A DNA stretch of 54,375 nucleotides, taken from NCBI RefSeq assembly GCF_001194135.2, contig NC_068992.1, positions 32,170,751 to 32,225,125 of the forward strand, written 5' to 3'. The notes beneath the pieces are model-generated. The model worked only from the letters and a program-made list of their open reading frames with translations, had not been told where the DNA came from and did not search any database. Positions 52,698 through 54,375 of the stretch are shown here, in pieces. Within the stretch, counting starts at the first letter, position 1; every line of letters begins with the position of its first letter. A program made the translations under genes and the position numbers. The stretch is from Octopus bimaculoides. Taxonomy: Eukaryota.

Positions 52698-53444
52698 CGA
52701 TCGGGAGAGAGAAAGAGTTAAAAGTGAGAACGGAAAATGTGAAGGGGAGAAAAATGTGCGAGTGTAAGTGGGAAACAATGAAAGATAAACAAATATAAAA
52801 AATGAGACAAGGAAGAAAACAAAAGGAAGCGAGCAGGAAAGAAACAAGTGAAATAAATAATGGTCGAGCCAAGAGAAGAGAGAAAAATAGAGACAGGAAT
52901 CGTTTACAAACTCATAGTATGTAATATTTGATCTATTCGTCTATATTTCGACGAATAATATCACATATGTGAGACAGTGGAAACTTTACGTTTCGCAGCA
53001 AAGAGGTACTCGCTGCAATAGACTAGAGAAGTTAGACTTATAAATTTGATGTGAATTCATAGATGCCCGCTCCTTTTAACGGGAACATTTCTACATTATG
53101 CTAATTTGTTTACTCGTCTATTAAACAGCTTAGGTATTACTTTTAATGTTAGTTGTTACTTATAATTTCTTTCAATGCATAATCTCTTCATGAGCTCTTG
53201 CGTAAGGAATAAATAATAGATCGGTCATAGATATTTCTGGAGCTATAAAACTAGCATGTTCGCTCGTCCATCTATATACGTAAAGAATTATTATCTTTAT
53301 TACAGGATTAACAATTCTCCGTTGATAATGTTGTCGTGCCATTAGGTTGTCGTAATATATTGACCATAAAACATGGATGTACAATTGCACTATTATATAG
53401 ACTTTTATTCTCAATATTAATTCTCTTTATCTACTATCAATAAC

Positions 53445-53445
53445 T

Positions 53446-53476
<31 letters not shown>

Positions 53477-53538
53477 CACACACACGCACACAAACACACA
53501 CACACACACTCACTCACCCACACCCACACACCCACACA
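53445..53538. repeat. Imperfect (CA)n microsatellite
   Basis: Direct reading. Confidence 0.9.
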
Positions 53539-53956
53539 NNNNNNNNNNNNNNNNNNNNNNNNNNNNNNNNNNNNNNNNNNNNNNNNNNNNNNNNNNNNNN
53601 NNNNNNNNNNNNNAAGGAGAAAAACACGGAGAAAAAAAAATTGGGAGAAAAAAAAATGGTAAATGCACGTATCTCCGTATCTTACAAGTAAAATTTTGTT
53701 CAGCGCGAACACGTCTGGATTTACCATGTTCAGATGTTTACCCGATCATATATATATGCAATACTATGTTTCAACGTATGAGGACTATATCATTCTAAAT
53801 AAATTCATACAATTTTACGTGCAATAATAGATGTATATGATACCGATTACATATTTATATTCATGTGGAACAATGTTCATGAATAGCTGGAAGAAAATGT
53901 ATTTGAAATTTGTGTAAGATATCACAGATGTAAGGCGGTGAATGTAAATGGATTGG

Positions 53957-53957
<1 letters not shown>

Positions 53958-53988
<31 letters not shown>
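53958..53988. repeat. (TG)n microsatellite
   Basis: Direct reading. Confidence 0.9.
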
Positions 53989-53989
<1 letters not shown>

Positions 53990-54375
53990 GTATGTATAGT
54001 TGAATCCTCTATTTCAGTGCGTATTTATACCATAATAGTAATTATTTCGAAATGTTTATATTTATATAAATGGGCATGTACGTCAGTGAGAGTATGTGCT
54101 TCTACGTACGTGTATATACAGGGTGTCTACAAAGTCTGGGTACATTTAATTGTTTATGTCATTATTTTATTTACTCCATGTACCCACATGGGGATTTAGA
54201 TATACTTTAAGAAATTATTATTTCTTATATTTAATTGGTTATGTTTATTTACTCCACGTGACCAATCTTTGTGGACACTGTATCTCTCTATGTAAATATA
54301 CGTGCACGTATATATTTGTGAACATATTTATATCTGCGTAAGTGAAAACGTGGATGTGTATATATATATATATAT

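Overview
AT-rich, microsatellite-dense animal DNA with 11 N-gaps; it is intergenic or intronic, not prokaryotic. The SINE families and repeat landscape suggest an octopus or related cephalopod (recognised from memory, not by database search). Most recognisable content is decayed mobile DNA: a Dong/R4-type RLE retrotransposon tail in a (TAA)n tract, several Penelope-like elements (PLEs), a Helitron helicase fragment, two IR/DR Tc1 elements, two mariners, a hAT-like DDE transposase, RTE LINE pieces, tRNA-derived SINEs and a MITE. No intact host gene is demonstrable. Two minus-strand candidate exons (45093-45231, 25791-25901) deserve checking; the first weakly resembles an arrestin C-domain. The most interesting stretch is 48.1-51.8 kb. 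It holds a PLE GIY-YIG remnant, an old head-to-head repeat pair carrying a hammerhead-like fold with a long covarying stem II, and a near-intact minimal hammerhead ribozyme between young inverted arms. I see no evidence for a wholly new system; the best leads are these ribozyme-bearing retroelement structures and a near-intact PLE RT whose two catalytic Asp codons were both lost by A-to-G changes.
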